DNA of 64,000 nucleotides from Bacteroidales bacterium (GCA_017549505.1 JAFYUS010000048.1:9163-73162), one strand, 5' to 3'; shown: positions 39,701 through 51,118, counted from the stretch's first letter. Notes: generated by a model from the letters alone, not told the origin. Numbers and translations: made by a program.

Positions 39701-41632
39701 TTATTCTAACGATTCATTCAACTTTTCCCACTCTTCCATCTTATAGTCGAGTTCCCTCTTATTCTCCAGATAAGCCCTTGTCAACTCAATGACATCATCT
39801 TCAGGACCTGGATTTGCAAGAACCGCCTCAATCTCTGCCATCTTCTGCTCAATAGACTCTATCCCCTTCTCCAAGAACGAGATACGATTCCTTATCTTCT
39901 TTTCTTCTTTAGATACATACTTCTTGGCCTGGTACTCCTGCTTGGCCTCCTCCTTCTTCTGGACTATCTCTGCAGGCTTTTCCTCCACAGGTCTGTAATG
40001 CCTCTCAAGCTCACTCAGATTCTCAAGTTTCCTTCGTTCCAGGAATTCCTGCACTCCCCCAAGATGTTCCTTTACCTTTCCATCACGGAATTCATAAAGC
40101 TTATCAACAAGTCCGTCAAGGAAATCTCTGTCATGAGAGACAATGATAAGAGTACCGTCGTATGCCTTAAGCGCCTGCTTGAGAATATCTTTCGACCTGA
40201 TATCCATATGGTTGGTCGGTTCGTCGAGTGCAAGAAGGTTATACGGTTTCAGGATAAGTTTAGCCATAGCAAGACGAGCTCGTTCACCTCCGCTCAAGAC
40301 AGCGACTTTCTTATCGATATCCTCACCTTTAAACAGGAAGGCTCCCAGAATATCACGCAACTTCAAGCGGATATCTCCTACTGCAATACGGTCCAAAGTA
40401 CCGAATACAGTATCTTCCTTATCAAGTATATCCTCCTGATTCTGAGCATAATATCCGATATTCACATTATATCCGACCTTGGACTCTCCGGACATAGGAT
40501 CAAGCTCGTTCATTATGACACGCATGAGAGTAGTCTTTCCTTCACCGTTCCTACCCACAAGGGCCACCTTCTCTCCCCTTCTGACCTCGATCTGAGCATC
40601 GCTGAAGACAACCTTCTCACCATAACCGACCGTCATATCCACAGCCTTGTAAGCTATGTCTCCCGAACGCGGTGCAGGCGGGAACTTTACTGCTAGAGTA
40701 GACCTGTCTTCAATATCCACCTCTATTCTCTCAAGCTTCTCCAGCTGCTTTACGCGCGACTGGACCTGATTGGACTTTGTAGGTTTGTATCTGAACTTCT
40801 CAATGAACTCCTCGGTCTTTTCTATCATCCTCTGCTGGTTCTCGTATGCAGCCTGCTGCTGCGCAAGTCTTTCTTTCCTGAGTTCCAGATACTTGCTGTA
40901 TGGCACCTTATAATCATGAATCCTGCCGACCATGATCTCAACGGTACGGTTAGTCACATTATCCAGGAACTTACGGTCATGGGAAATAAGCACCAGAGAA
41001 CCACGATAATCCTTCAGATATCCTTCGAGCCATTCAATACTTTCAATATCAAGATGGTTTGTAGGCTCGTCCAGAAGAAGGACATCCGGCTTTGAAAGAA
41101 GTATCTTTGCAAGCTCGATACGCATGTTCCATCCCTGACTGAACGTCTCGGTCGGTCTTGACAGTTCTTCATACTTGAATCCCAGACCTATCAATGTCCT
41201 TTCCGCCTGTACCTGAGGATTGTCAGACCTGGAATATGCCAGACGGTCATTGATCTCATTCATACGGATTATGAGATCCTGATACTGCTGAGACTCATAA
41301 TCTGTCCTCTCCGACAATTCAACTGTAATCTTTTCCAATTCAGCCTCTTGAGCAAACATATCCGAGAACGCTGTCATCGCTTCATCGATGACACTGCGTC
41401 CTCTGTGATGTTCCATGATCTGCGGCAGATAACCTATCTTCACATCATTAGGAACAGCCACTTTACCGTTTGTCGGAGACTGAAGGCCGCATATAAGCTT
41501 GAGAATGGTGGATTTACCAGCACCGTTCTTTCCCACAAGACCGATCTTATCACTCTCGCTGATATGGAAATTGATCTCATTCAGCAAGGTGAATCCTCCG
41601 TATGCAACTGTCAGATTATTAATAGAAATCAT
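39701..41632 (-). CDS. ABC-F family ATP-binding protein
   Basis: Two ABC cassettes (GKNGAGKST / GRNGEGKTT, LDEPTNH twice), no TM helices, C-terminal coiled coil. Confidence 0.93.
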   Translation of the reverse strand: MISINNLTVAYGGFTLLNEINFHISESDKIGLVGKNGAGKSTILKLICGLQSPTNGKVAVPNDVKIGYLPQIMEHHRGRSVIDEAMTAFSDMFAQEAELEKITVELSERTDYESQQYQDLIIRMNEINDRLAYSRSDNPQVQAERTLIGLGFKYEELSRPTETFSQGWNMRIELAKILLSKPDVLLLDEPTNHLDIESIEWLEGYLKDYRGSLVLISHDRKFLDNVTNRTVEIMVGRIHDYKVPYSKYLELRKERLAQQQAAYENQQRMIEKTEEFIEKFRYKPTKSNQVQSRVKQLEKLERIEVDIEDRSTLAVKFPPAPRSGDIAYKAVDMTVGYGEKVVFSDAQIEVRRGEKVALVGRNGEGKTTLMRVIMNELDPMSGESKVGYNVNIGYYAQNQEDILDKEDTVFGTLDRIAVGDIRLKLRDILGAFLFKGEDIDKKVAVLSGGERARLAMAKLILKPYNLLALDEPTNHMDIRSKDILKQALKAYDGTLIIVSHDRDFLDGLVDKLYEFRDGKVKEHLGGVQEFLERRKLENLSELERHYRPVEEKPAEIVQKKEEAKQEYQAKKYVSKEEKKIRNRISFLEKGIESIEQKMAEIEAVLANPGPEDDVIELTRAYLENKRELDYKMEEWEKLNESLE

Positions 41633-41636
41633 AAAA

Positions 41637-42401
41637 TCACTCTAATTCAATAACTTGTTCCCTATCTCTACATATCAGTATACTGAACTCATATAAAATA
41701 TATAGAGGAACAGAAACCACCATCAGTGAGAACGGGTCCCCGGACGGGGTTATAATTGCAGCCAATATCAACACAGCACATATGGCATGTCTTCTGAAGG
41801 TCTTCAACACTTTCCTGGATAATACACCTAAGCCTGACAAGGCCGCTACTATCGTCGGAAACTCGAAAACGATACCGAAGGTAAGTACCATCGAAGTGAA
41901 CATAGATATGTATGAGGTCAATGAGAATGTATTTTCTACATCAGGACTCACCTGATAACCAGAAAAGAAATTCAGCATCAACGGGAAAACAATGGCATAA
42001 CCGACTGCAACACCTATATAGAACAAAACTGACGCAAAAAGAAATGCACCTTTGACTGCTTTCTTCTCCTTCTCATATAAGGCTGGAGCTATAAAACGCC
42101 AGATCTCGTAGACCAGGTAAGGAAAAGTGACTATCAGTGCGCAGATGAACGTGATCTTCATATGGATCATGAACTGCGCAGCCACTTCTATATTGACCAG
42201 AGTCAACGAGAAGTCAGCCCCAAGAAGGCGGTAAAGAAAGAAATCAGGCTTGGAAGCTGCCAGGATAACTCTGTCAAACAGGAACCCCTTGAAGAAGAAG
42301 AGTGCAACTACAGCAGTTCCGAACACTGCAAGCATTCTGAAAAGACTCCCCCTCAATTCTTCCAGATGATCCCAAAAGGTCATTTCACCTGCCTGCGCCA
42401 T
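41637..42401 (-). CDS. tatC: Twin-arginine translocase subunit TatC
   Basis: FWDHLEELR, WRFIAPALY, FEFP and AAIITPSGD motifs. Confidence 0.94.
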   Translation of the reverse strand: MAQAGEMTFWDHLEELRGSLFRMLAVFGTAVVALFFFKGFLFDRVILAASKPDFFLYRLLGADFSLTLVNIEVAAQFMIHMKITFICALIVTFPYLVYEIWRFIAPALYEKEKKAVKGAFLFASVLFYIGVAVGYAIVFPLMLNFFSGYQVSPDVENTFSLTSYISMFTSMVLTFGIVFEFPTIVAALSGLGVLSRKVLKTFRRHAICAVLILAAIITPSGDPFSLMVVSVPLYILYEFSILICRDREQVIELE

Positions 42402-42604
42402 TACTTGTCAGCTTCAATATCCTTCTTTATTTCCTTTACATCGTCCTCGACATCCTTCATCCCTTCCTTGAAGCTCTTGACTCCCTTGCCAAGTCCCTTC
42501 ATGAGTTCAGGAATCTTCTTTCCTCCAAAGAGAAGTATAATTACCAGAACGATAAGCGTGATCTCCCAGAAACCGAGGCTTCCGAATAAAAGAGGTGTAA
42601 TCAT
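42401..42604 (-). CDS. tatA: Twin-arginine translocase subunit TatA
   Basis: [23 protein letters not shown]. Confidence 0.95.
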   Translation of the reverse strand: MITPLLFGSLGFWEITLIVLVIILLFGGKKIPELMKGLGKGVKSFKEGMKDVEDDVKEIKKDIEADK

Positions 42605-42608
42605 ATTG

Positions 42609-43019
42609 TCATTGATTTAAATATTGTGCAAATAAATCAGATAAAGTTTTCGGGCATCTGATGGGACGTCTGGTTGCAGAGTCTATAAATCCCATTGAAA
42701 CAGATCCTTCCACCAACAACTGTCCATCCTGATTATACACCTCGGACATGACAGTGAATCTTGCTCTTGGAAGTTCATTGAACCAGGTAACTATCTTCAG
42801 TCTGTCACCAAGTCTGGCAGGAAACTTATAACGGCACTCGACAGAAATTATCGGAAGCATTATTCCGGTCTCTTCTATCTTGTGCATCGGCAGTCCCACT
42901 TCATCCAGCATGGCCATTCGTCCACACTCAAAATATCTTATGTAATTTGAGTGGTGGACGATGCCCATCTGGTCGGTTTCGTAGTATCTTACGTCCAAAT
43001 TATGCTCGAATTTACCCAT
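42609..43019 (-). CDS. Acyl-CoA thioesterase (YbgC/4HBT family)
   Basis: [22 protein letters not shown] motif. Confidence 0.9.
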   Translation of the reverse strand: MGKFEHNLDVRYYETDQMGIVHHSNYIRYFECGRMAMLDEVGLPMHKIEETGIMLPIISVECRYKFPARLGDRLKIVTWFNELPRARFTVMSEVYNQDGQLLVEGSVSMGFIDSATRRPIRCPKTLSDLFAQYLNQ

Positions 43020-43055
43020 AACAAAAATGTTATATCAATAAACTCTTTTGTTTTA

Positions 43056-45701
43056 TTAATTATTTTTCAAAGCATTAAGCGAAGCTGTGATACTTTCGAT
43101 CTTCGAAAGTGAATCAGCTTCCTTTTTACGCTCTACAGCCACTACAGCTTCAGGGGCATTGGCAACGAAGCGCTCGTTCGAGAGCTTTTTACGCACGCTG
43201 TCGAGGAATTTCTGCTGGTAAGCAAGCTCTGCTTCTAGCTTTGCTATCTCTTCCTCGACGTTGATAAGACCAGTGAGAGGAACAAACATCTCGACAGTCC
43301 TTACCATGAATCTCTGAGCTGTCGACATGTCTCCTTCAGCCTCATCAACCGCAACATTAGCAAGCTTTGTCACTACAGGCAGAACCTCAGCAGGGAAAGC
43401 ACCCTTGATCTTAAGGTCAAGCGACTCTCTTGGAGAGAGGTTCTTGCTCTGACGGATATTACGCACACCGGCTACGGCTTCGCATGCCATCTCGAATGCA
43501 GTGATGAACTCGGTATCGTATGGCTTAGCCTGCGGATAACGCTGGTTCATGATAGTCTCCCCTTCCTTGCGCTCCGCCATGTTCTGCCAGAGTTCTTCTG
43601 TGATGAACGGCATGATCGGGTGGATCATCTTGAGAAGGGCATCGAAGAATCCGATTGTAGCTTCATAAGTAGCCTTGTCGATTCCGGCACCGTAAGCCGG
43701 CTTGACAGCCTCAAGATACCATGCACAGAAGTCATCCCAGAAAAGTTTGTAGATTGCCATGAGGGCATCTGAGATACGGAACTTGCTGAAATGGTCTTCG
43801 ACAGTCTCGATAACCTGGCTGAGCTTGTTGTCAAACCACTTCACAGCTACAGCTGAAGCCTCAGGCTGCTGCGCAGCATCGTCAACATTCCATCCTGTAA
43901 CCAGACGGAACGCATTCCATACCTTATTATTGAAGTTACGTCCCTGCTCGATCTGCGACTCATCATAAAGGATGTCATTTCCTGCAGAACTGCACAGAAG
44001 CATACCGAGACGGACTGCATCAGCACCATACTTTGCAATCAGGTCAAGCGGGTCGGGAGAGTTTCCGAGAGTCTTGGACATCTTGCGTCCAAGCTTGTCA
44101 CGAACAATACCTGTAAGGTATACGTTACGGAAAGGAACGTCGTTCATGAACTCGTTTCCTGCCATGATCATACGTGCCACCCAGAAGAAGAGGATATCAG
44201 GACCTGTCACGAGGTCGTTTGTAGGATAGTAATATGCGAGATCCTCATTTGGTTCAGCCTCAGGATGTCCGGCCTTGTTGGTATCGAACACAGAGATAGG
44301 CCAGAGCCATGAAGAGAACCATGTATCGAGAACATCCTCGTCCTGACGAAGGTCAGCTGCTGTAATATTTGCATCAATAGCCTGAGCCTTAACTAAAGCT
44401 TCACTTTCATTAGACGCAACAACAACCTGTCCATCAGGGAGATAATATGCAGGGATACGCTGACCCCACCAAAGCTGACGTGAGATGCACCAGTCGCGTA
44501 CATTCTCCATCCAGTGGCGGTATGTGTTACGATATTTGTCAGGAATCAGTTTAACCTTTCCGCTTTCCACAGACTCAAGAGCATCCTTTGCAAGGGCATC
44601 CATCTTGAGGAACCACTGCATCGAAAGCCTTGGCTCGATAACTGCGTTTGTTCTTTCCGAATATCCGATCGGAGATGTGTAATCTTCCATCTTCTCGAGG
44701 TTTCCTGCCTCCTGAAGCATCACTACAATCTTCTTGCGGGCATCAAAGCGATCCTCTCCTACAAGAATCTGAGCCTTCTCGTTGAGACGACCATGGTCGT
44801 CGATGATGTCGAGTACAGGAAGATTGTGGCGCATGCCGATCTCATAGTCGTTCACGTCATGAGCCGGAGTAACCTTGAGACATCCTGTACCGAAGTCCAT
44901 CGCCACGTAGCTGTCCTCGATGATAGGAATTTCCTTATTGATAAGAGGAATAAGCACCTTCTTACCCTTGAGCCATCCATATCTCTCATCCTCAGGATTG
45001 ATACAGATTGCAGCATCCGCCATGATTGTCTCAGGACGCGTTGTCGCGATGATGATATATTTATCTGTAGGATTTCCGTTTCCGTCAGAGATGAAATATC
45101 TCAGGTGATAGAACTTGCTGACAGTATCCTTGTGTACAACCTCCTCGTCACTTACAGCTGTAAGTCCTACAGGATCCCAGTTTACCATGCGGACTCCCCT
45201 GTAGATATATCCTTTATTATAGAAGTGTACGAATGTGTTGATCACTGCTTCGCTGAGATCAGGATCCATAGTGAACTTTGTCCTGTCCCAGTCGCATGAA
45301 GCGCCGAGCTTGCGGAGCTGGCTGAGGATGATGCCTCCGTGCTTCTCCTTCCACTCCCATGCATGCTCGAGGAACTGCTCACGGGTAAGGTCTTCCTTCT
45401 TTATTCCCTCGGCAGCGAGCTTCTGAACCACCTTGTTCTCGGTAGCGATCGAAGCATGGTCAGTACCAGGTACCCAACATGCATTCTTGCCGTCCATTCT
45501 TGCCTTACGGACAAGGACATCGTTGAGCGTGTTGTTCAACACGTGACCCATATGGAGAATTCCGGTCACGTTAGGTGGCGGAATTACAACTGTATAAGGT
45601 TCTCTTTCATCAGGTTCCGAATGAAAGAACTTGTTTTCAAGCCAATAGGCATACCATTTATCCTCCGTCAAGGCAGGATCATACTTTGCTGGCAGTTCCA
45701 T
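43056..45701 (-). CDS. valS: Valine--tRNA ligase
   Basis: [36 protein letters not shown] and C-terminal coiled coil. Confidence 0.98.
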   Translation of the reverse strand: MELPAKYDPALTEDKWYAYWLENKFFHSEPDEREPYTVVIPPPNVTGILHMGHVLNNTLNDVLVRKARMDGKNACWVPGTDHASIATENKVVQKLAAEGIKKEDLTREQFLEHAWEWKEKHGGIILSQLRKLGASCDWDRTKFTMDPDLSEAVINTFVHFYNKGYIYRGVRMVNWDPVGLTAVSDEEVVHKDTVSKFYHLRYFISDGNGNPTDKYIIIATTRPETIMADAAICINPEDERYGWLKGKKVLIPLINKEIPIIEDSYVAMDFGTGCLKVTPAHDVNDYEIGMRHNLPVLDIIDDHGRLNEKAQILVGEDRFDARKKIVVMLQEAGNLEKMEDYTSPIGYSERTNAVIEPRLSMQWFLKMDALAKDALESVESGKVKLIPDKYRNTYRHWMENVRDWCISRQLWWGQRIPAYYLPDGQVVVASNESEALVKAQAIDANITAADLRQDEDVLDTWFSSWLWPISVFDTNKAGHPEAEPNEDLAYYYPTNDLVTGPDILFFWVARMIMAGNEFMNDVPFRNVYLTGIVRDKLGRKMSKTLGNSPDPLDLIAKYGADAVRLGMLLCSSAGNDILYDESQIEQGRNFNNKVWNAFRLVTGWNVDDAAQQPEASAVAVKWFDNKLSQVIETVEDHFSKFRISDALMAIYKLFWDDFCAWYLEAVKPAYGAGIDKATYEATIGFFDALLKMIHPIMPFITEELWQNMAERKEGETIMNQRYPQAKPYDTEFITAFEMACEAVAGVRNIRQSKNLSPRESLDLKIKGAFPAEVLPVVTKLANVAVDEAEGDMSTAQRFMVRTVEMFVPLTGLINVEEEIAKLEAELAYQQKFLDSVRKKLSNERFVANAPEAVVAVERKKEADSLSKIESITASLNALKNN

Positions 45702-45771
45702 GTATCTATTCTTATTTAATTGTTTGTCAATCTATTGCGTACATATCGGTACATAAGGACGCATAATCATG

Positions 45772-45800
45772 CAAAGATAGTAAAAATTTGCCTACCTTTG
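45772..45800. promoter_or_regulatory. Divergent -7 promoter pair (valS / DUF3467 gene)
   Basis: TATCTTTG on minus (45772-45779) and TACCTTTG on plus (45793-45800). Confidence 0.6.
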
Positions 45801-45839
45801 TATGAGCAATTCATGAAAACTGATTAAAAGAAACATACC

Positions 45840-46148
45840 ATGGCAAACGAAAAGGAATTCAAGATCGAACTCAAGCCGGAAGTGGCAAAAGGTTCATATT
45901 CAAACTTCGCTATCATCACGCATTCCCACAGTGAATTCGTGATCGATTTCGCGACCATGCTTCCCGGCATCCAGAAGCCTGAGGTAAGCGACAGAATCAT
46001 CATGACACCGGAGCATGCGAAGCGTCTCTTCCTCGCCCTCCAGGACAACATCAACAAATACGAAAACCAGCACGGTCCGATCACCCTCGGCGGCGAGCCG
46101 AAGGCCCCATTCCCGATGGGCGGCTTCGGCGGCGGTGCGAAATCATAG
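45840..46148 (+). CDS. DUF3467-family protein
   Basis: G.YSNFAIITHSHSEFVIDF, RIIMTPEHAKRL and YE...G.I motifs. Confidence 0.85.
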   Translation: MANEKEFKIELKPEVAKGSYSNFAIITHSHSEFVIDFATMLPGIQKPEVSDRIIMTPEHAKRLFLALQDNINKYENQHGPITLGGEPKAPFPMGGFGGGAKS

Positions 46149-46224
46149 CAGATTTCGCCACACCCGCCGAAAATTTCGCCACAATAATACGGCATTTACA
46201 ACGAATCGGCCGTTTTCACGACAT

Positions 46225-46254
46225 TGCCGTCCGCTGTCTGCGGACGGCATTTTT
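46225..46254 (+). terminator. Rho-independent terminator
   Basis: TGCCGTCCGC-tgtct-GCGGACGGCA followed by TTTTT. Confidence 0.8.
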
Positions 46255-46286
46255 ATTGACATATCTTTGCCGGCAAAACAGTGGTT

Positions 46287-47123
46287 ATGAAATTTGAAAA
46301 CGCAAACGTGCTGATCACCGGAGGAGCATCCGGAATCGGCAAGATCATGGGCCGGATGGCTCTGGAAAAGGGAGCCAAACGCTTCATCATATGGGATATT
46401 AACCTTGCCGGAATAGAGGCAACAAGAAAGGAACTCAGCAAATACGGAAGAGTCAAGGGATATGTTGTAGATGTATCAAATCCTGAAATCGTAGAGAAGG
46501 CATATGAAAAGACTGTGGAAGATTGTGGCTGTGTAGACATACTGATCAACTGCGCGGGCATCATCACCAGCAACAAGACCTTCGACAAGCAGACCGTGGA
46601 CGAGATTACAAGAACCATGAACATCAACACTCTTGCACCGATGTTCGTCACACGCGCCATGCTTCCTGACATGATCAGGCACAACTATGGACACATATGC
46701 AACATAGCATCCGCAGGCGGAATGCTTTCGAATCCGAAGATGTCAGTATATGCAGCCAGCAAATGGGGTGCGATCGGATGGTCTGACTCTGTAAGAATAG
46801 AGCTCCAGAATGCAAAGAGCAACGTACACGTGACCACAGTTGCTCCCTATTATATAAATACAGGAATGTTCGACGGAGTAAAGTCCCCTATCATCCCTGT
46901 ACTCAAGCCGGAATATGTGGCAAAACGCATCATCAAGGCTATCGAAAGGAACGCTTCATTCCGCGGAATACCTTTCGGCTTCCACTTCATCAGATTCTGG
47001 CAGTTCCTCCTTCCGACAAGAATCTTTGACTGGATATTCGGAGAAGTATTCGGAATTTACCACGCGATGGACGCATTCACAGGCAGGAAGACCGCAGAAG
47101 CCAAAGCTCAGAAGGCATCATAA
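46287..47123 (+). CDS. Short-chain dehydrogenase/reductase
   Basis: TGGASGIG, INCAG and YAASK motifs; ATG 46287 follows the -7 box at 46262-46269. Confidence 0.92.
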   Translation: MKFENANVLITGGASGIGKIMGRMALEKGAKRFIIWDINLAGIEATRKELSKYGRVKGYVVDVSNPEIVEKAYEKTVEDCGCVDILINCAGIITSNKTFDKQTVDEITRTMNINTLAPMFVTRAMLPDMIRHNYGHICNIASAGGMLSNPKMSVYAASKWGAIGWSDSVRIELQNAKSNVHVTTVAPYYINTGMFDGVKSPIIPVLKPEYVAKRIIKAIERNASFRGIPFGFHFIRFWQFLLPTRIFDWIFGEVFGIYHAMDAFTGRKTAEAKAQKAS

Positions 47124-47174
47124 TTGACAATGAGGAATTTTTGACGATATTTGCAGAAGATAAAGACGACTGAA

Positions 47175-48566
47175 ATGGAAAACACATCTACAGAAAGGAT
47201 ACAGGCGATAGCAAAGTCACAGAAGGAATACTTCGTTTCTGGAGCGACACTTGACATAAAGTTCAGGAAGCAGATGCTCGAGAAATTGTACAGAACTATG
47301 GAAAACTGGGAGAGCAGACTTTGTGACGCACTGTGGCAGGATCTTCACAAATCATATGAAGAAGCCTATCTTACCGAAATCAGCATAGTAAAAGGTGAGA
47401 TAAGGAACCATATCAGACACGTCGCGGGATGGGCAGGAAAGAAGAAGGCGCACTCTCCGCTAAAGCTCTTTCCTTCAAGAAGTTACATTACAAAGGAGCC
47501 TCTGGGCTGTTCTTTGATAATCTCTCCTTGGAACTATCCCGTACAGCTTCTGCTCAATCCTCTGGTAGGTGCGATTTCAGCAGGCTGTACAGCTGTCCTT
47601 AAGCCGTCTCCGTACGTTCCCAACGTATCGAAGGTAATAGAAAACATGATCAAGGAAGCCTTCGAAGAAAAGTACATCGCAGTCGTCCAGGGAAACAGGA
47701 CCGTCAACACCGCCCTCCTCGAGCAAAGGTGGGACATCATATTCTTCACCGGCAGTCCTTCGCTTGCGAAGACCGTAATGGCAGCAGCTGCAAAGAATCT
47801 GACACCGGTAGTGCTCGAGCTTGGAGGCAAGAGCCCGTGCATCATCGACAAGACCGCCGACATCGCACTTGCAGCAAAAAGGATTGCATGGGGAAAGACG
47901 CTCAACAGCGGACAGACATGCATCGCTCCTGACTACATCCTCATCCATAAGGATGTAAAGGACTCATTTGTAAAGGCTTTTGCAACTGAAATCCGCAACC
48001 TTCATGGCGAAGACATAAAGGCCGACTACCATTATGTAAGGATGGTGAACGACAAAGCATTCGAACGCGTCACCGGCTATTTCAAGGATGGAAAGATCAT
48101 CTATGGAGGCCGCACTGATGCAGCCGAGAGGTTCATCGAGCCGACATTGATCGAAGATGTAGCCCTCGACTCCCCTCTCATGACCGAAGAAATCTTCGGT
48201 CCCGTATTCCCGGTCATCACAATGGACGACACGGACAAACCGTTCAGGACCAAGGTCATAGACTTCGTGACATCACGTGAGAAGCCTCTTGCATTCTATT
48301 ATTTCGGTAAAGAATCTGACGGATGGGAAGTCATCCGCCGGACTTCGTCCGGAGGCGGATGCATCAATGATGTCATCATGCACATAGCGAACGAGAACAT
48401 CCCGTTCGGCGGAGTCGGAAACTCCGGAATGGGACGTTATCATGACAAGGACAGTTTCGAGGCCTTCAGCCACACCCGCAGCATCGTGGCGACAGGAACA
48501 TGGATCGACCTTCCTTTCCGCTACATGCCGTACAAGATGTTCGGACTGGTCAAAAAAATACTTTAA
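47175..48566 (+). CDS. Aldehyde dehydrogenase (ALDH3-like)
   Basis: ISPWNYP, FFTGS, LELGGKSP, GQTCIAPD, EEIFGP and PFGGVGNSG motifs; start at MENTST. Confidence 0.94.
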   Translation: MENTSTERIQAIAKSQKEYFVSGATLDIKFRKQMLEKLYRTMENWESRLCDALWQDLHKSYEEAYLTEISIVKGEIRNHIRHVAGWAGKKKAHSPLKLFPSRSYITKEPLGCSLIISPWNYPVQLLLNPLVGAISAGCTAVLKPSPYVPNVSKVIENMIKEAFEEKYIAVVQGNRTVNTALLEQRWDIIFFTGSPSLAKTVMAAAAKNLTPVVLELGGKSPCIIDKTADIALAAKRIAWGKTLNSGQTCIAPDYILIHKDVKDSFVKAFATEIRNLHGEDIKADYHYVRMVNDKAFERVTGYFKDGKIIYGGRTDAAERFIEPTLIEDVALDSPLMTEEIFGPVFPVITMDDTDKPFRTKVIDFVTSREKPLAFYYFGKESDGWEVIRRTSSGGGCINDVIMHIANENIPFGGVGNSGMGRYHDKDSFEAFSHTRSIVATGTWIDLPFRYMPYKMFGLVKKIL

Positions 48567-48626
48567 ACCTGGACATAAACTTCAAAGGGCCACAGAAATT
48601 TTGTATTTTTGTGGCCCTTACCTATT

Positions 48627-49214
48627 ATGACCATGGACATCAAAGGCAAAAAGATAATTCTAGGAAGCAATTCACCCCGCAGGAAGGAACTTCTCGCGGG
48701 ACTCGATATAGAGTTTACTGTAGACACCGGAAACACATTCGAAGAAGTCTATGATCCGGTTACTCCCCACGAACGCATACCCGAAGTTCTGTCGGAGGGA
48801 AAGTCTTACGGATTCCACAGACCTCTCGCCGAAGGCGAGGTCCTGATAACATCAGACACCCTCGTCCTCTGCGAGGACAGGGTGATGGGAAAGCCTCGTT
48901 CGAGAGAAGAGGCTTTCGACATGCTCCGCTTCCTTTCAGGAAAGGAGCATAAGGTCATAACCGCCATAACGATACGTGATTCACAGAGATGCAAGACTTC
49001 AAGCGACACCGCAATTGTATTCTTTAAAGAATTGTCCGACAACGAGATAGAATATTACGTAGATACATTCAAACCTTTTGACAAGGCAGGTGCTTACGGC
49101 ATCCAGGAATGGATCGGATACATCGGGATCGGCAAGATTGAAGGCTCATTCTTCACCATCATGGGACTCCCTGTCCACCTCGTATATCAGGAACTCTTAA
49201 ACTTCATAGGCTGA
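48627..49214 (+). CDS. maf: Maf-family nucleotide pyrophosphatase
   Basis: ILGSNSPRRKELL, SDT, GKP, DKAGAYGIQ and MGLP motifs; start ATG 48627 or 48633. Confidence 0.92.
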   Translation: MTMDIKGKKIILGSNSPRRKELLAGLDIEFTVDTGNTFEEVYDPVTPHERIPEVLSEGKSYGFHRPLAEGEVLITSDTLVLCEDRVMGKPRSREEAFDMLRFLSGKEHKVITAITIRDSQRCKTSSDTAIVFFKELSDNEIEYYVDTFKPFDKAGAYGIQEWIGYIGIGKIEGSFFTIMGLPVHLVYQELLNFIG

Positions 49215-49873
49215 TGAAACTTGACTTCCATAGCCATATCCTCCCGGGTATTGACGACGGCGCCACAGACCTTGAAAATGCAGTAGAGCTTGCTTCTGCA
49301 ATGAAAGGATGGGGCTTCGAACGCATAACGTGCACCCCACATATAACCAACAAGTTCAGGAACACACCTGATACCATAAGACCTGCATTCGAAGAACTGC
49401 AGGAGACCTTATATGTACGCGGAGTCGATGTAGAGCTTAGGATGTCTGCAGAATACAGACTCGTACCTGAAACTTGGCCTGAAGTCCTCGAAAAGAACTG
49501 GATCATGCCTATTGAAGACAAATTCCTCCTTATGGAGCTCCCGATCTTCCACCCCGAGGACATAGGCGACATCAAACCTCTTGAAGAATTCAAGAAGGTC
49601 ATTTCCATGGGACTTATCCCTCTCCTTCCCCACCCGGAAAGATACTTCTACCTCTCCCGCCGAGACCTCATGAGCTACCTTGAAGCAGGAGTGAAGATCC
49701 AGAGCAACTACGGCTCCCTGGCCGGCCTCTACGGAGACACAGCCCAGCAGAACGCCCGCTGCCTCGTCGACGAAGGCCTCGTCTCATACTACGGCACCGA
49801 CATGCACAACCTCCACTATGTCAAGGTAATAGGTCAGTGGTTCGCCTCCGGCAATCAGATAGCGGAGTACTGA
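49214..49873 (+). CDS. PHP-family tyrosine-protein phosphatase (CpsB/CapC-like)
   Basis: DFHSHILPGIDDG, TPH, HPERY and GTDMH motifs; TGATG overlap with maf. Confidence 0.88.
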   Translation: MKLDFHSHILPGIDDGATDLENAVELASAMKGWGFERITCTPHITNKFRNTPDTIRPAFEELQETLYVRGVDVELRMSAEYRLVPETWPEVLEKNWIMPIEDKFLLMELPIFHPEDIGDIKPLEEFKKVISMGLIPLLPHPERYFYLSRRDLMSYLEAGVKIQSNYGSLAGLYGDTAQQNARCLVDEGLVSYYGTDMHNLHYVKVIGQWFASGNQIAEY

Positions 49874-49975
49874 TATCCATTCGATTCTCAAATTCGCATC
49901 AAAAAGCAGCGTTATCAGGAAAAAAGACCAAGATTTTCCAGTTTGACGTTTCTATGGGGATGTCTTTATTAGAGC

Positions 49976-50097
49976 AAAAAAAAATGAGACTTCGCCGCTC
50001 ACGCGGGGACGTCTCATACTAACCACATAATTAATAACACTAAAACTAATAACCAATAAGTTGTGAGAGTTTCAGAACAACTCTCTGATCAACTCGT
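49976..50097 (-). ncRNA. Candidate small RNA (about 120 nt)
   Basis: -7 box TACCTTTG at 50101-50108 (minus); 5' hairpin; about 40-nt U/G-rich unpaired region; terminator stem capped by ccgc-GUGA-gcgg and followed by U9; no ORF. Confidence 0.7.
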
Positions 50098-50206
50098 GTG
50101 CAAAGGTACTGCTAATTATGATATTAGCAATAAACGTTCCATACCATTCGGACGAATGGTAAGATTTCCGGTATGAATGGTAAAAATACTGGAGAAAACG
50201 GTCCGA

Positions 50207-51118
50207 TCAGAAGATAGACTCCTGAGTATAAGTGGTCAAGAGTTCCAGAGCCTTCATTCCCATGATGGAATTTCCCTTGGAATTGAGACGTGGACTCCAG
50301 ACAGCTACAGAATAACGCATCGGATATACTGCAACTATGCCTCCTCCTACGCCGCTCTTTCCGGGAAGACCTACCAGGTATGAGAACTCACCTGCCTCAT
50401 CGTAGAAACCGCAGGTCTGCATCACAGCGTTAAGTCTTTTGATCTGAGATGAAGTAAGCTTGAATCCGGCATAGTCGAAAGGTTGACAATTCGTGAATGC
50501 AAGCAGTGCCTGGGCAAGTTCCGTACAACTCATCTCTACCGAACACATCCTGAAATAGAACATCAGGACATCCTCGATGTCGTTCTTGATTGTTCCATGA
50601 TACTTGAGCATATTGGCTATCGCTGCATTGAGATATCCTTTTTCGCGCTCAGATTCAGCAACTTCCATATTATAATCTATAGTATCCGTTCCGCTCAAGG
50701 CACGGATGAATCCGAGGAATGCAGCGTCAGGATCATCAAGCTCCGAGATCAGCATGTCAGCTATGACGATGGCTCCGGCATTGATGAAAGGATTGCGTGG
50801 CTTGCCCTTTTCCACTTCAAGCTGCACCAATGAGTTGAATGCAGTACCTGAAGGCTCCTTGCCTACAATTTTCCACAGGTCCTCCCCTCTCATGGACAGA
50901 GCCATGGCTAGAGCAAATACCTTTGAGATACTCTGGATGGAAAAACGTGTCTGAGCCTTCTCATACTCATATGAGTCTCCTGACACTGTCCTTAATGCAA
51001 TACCGAACTGGTCAGGATTTACCTTGGCCAATGCCGGTATGTAGTCAGCCTGGGCACCTTTGCCTGCATACGGCTGTATTTCCATATATATATCTTCGAG
51101 TATCTTCTGATAATCCAT
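50207..51118 (-). CDS. glsA: Glutaminase
   Basis: ADYIPALA, FSIQSISK, GKEPSG..FNS, NPFINAGAI, CGFYD and KSGVGGGI motifs. Confidence 0.95.
   Translation of the reverse strand: MDYQKILEDIYMEIQPYAGKGAQADYIPALAKVNPDQFGIALRTVSGDSYEYEKAQTRFSIQSISKVFALAMALSMRGEDLWKIVGKEPSGTAFNSLVQLEVEKGKPRNPFINAGAIVIADMLISELDDPDAAFLGFIRALSGTDTIDYNMEVAESEREKGYLNAAIANMLKYHGTIKNDIEDVLMFYFRMCSVEMSCTELAQALLAFTNCQPFDYAGFKLTSSQIKRLNAVMQTCGFYDEAGEFSYLVGLPGKSGVGGGIVAVYPMRYSVAVWSPRLNSKGNSIMGMKALELLTTYTQESIF

Noticed and set aside
46152-46183. Direct repeat ATTTCGCCACA twice, 21 bp apart, after the DUF3467 gene
   Set aside because: Only two copies in a 3' UTR; likely a local duplication with no further support
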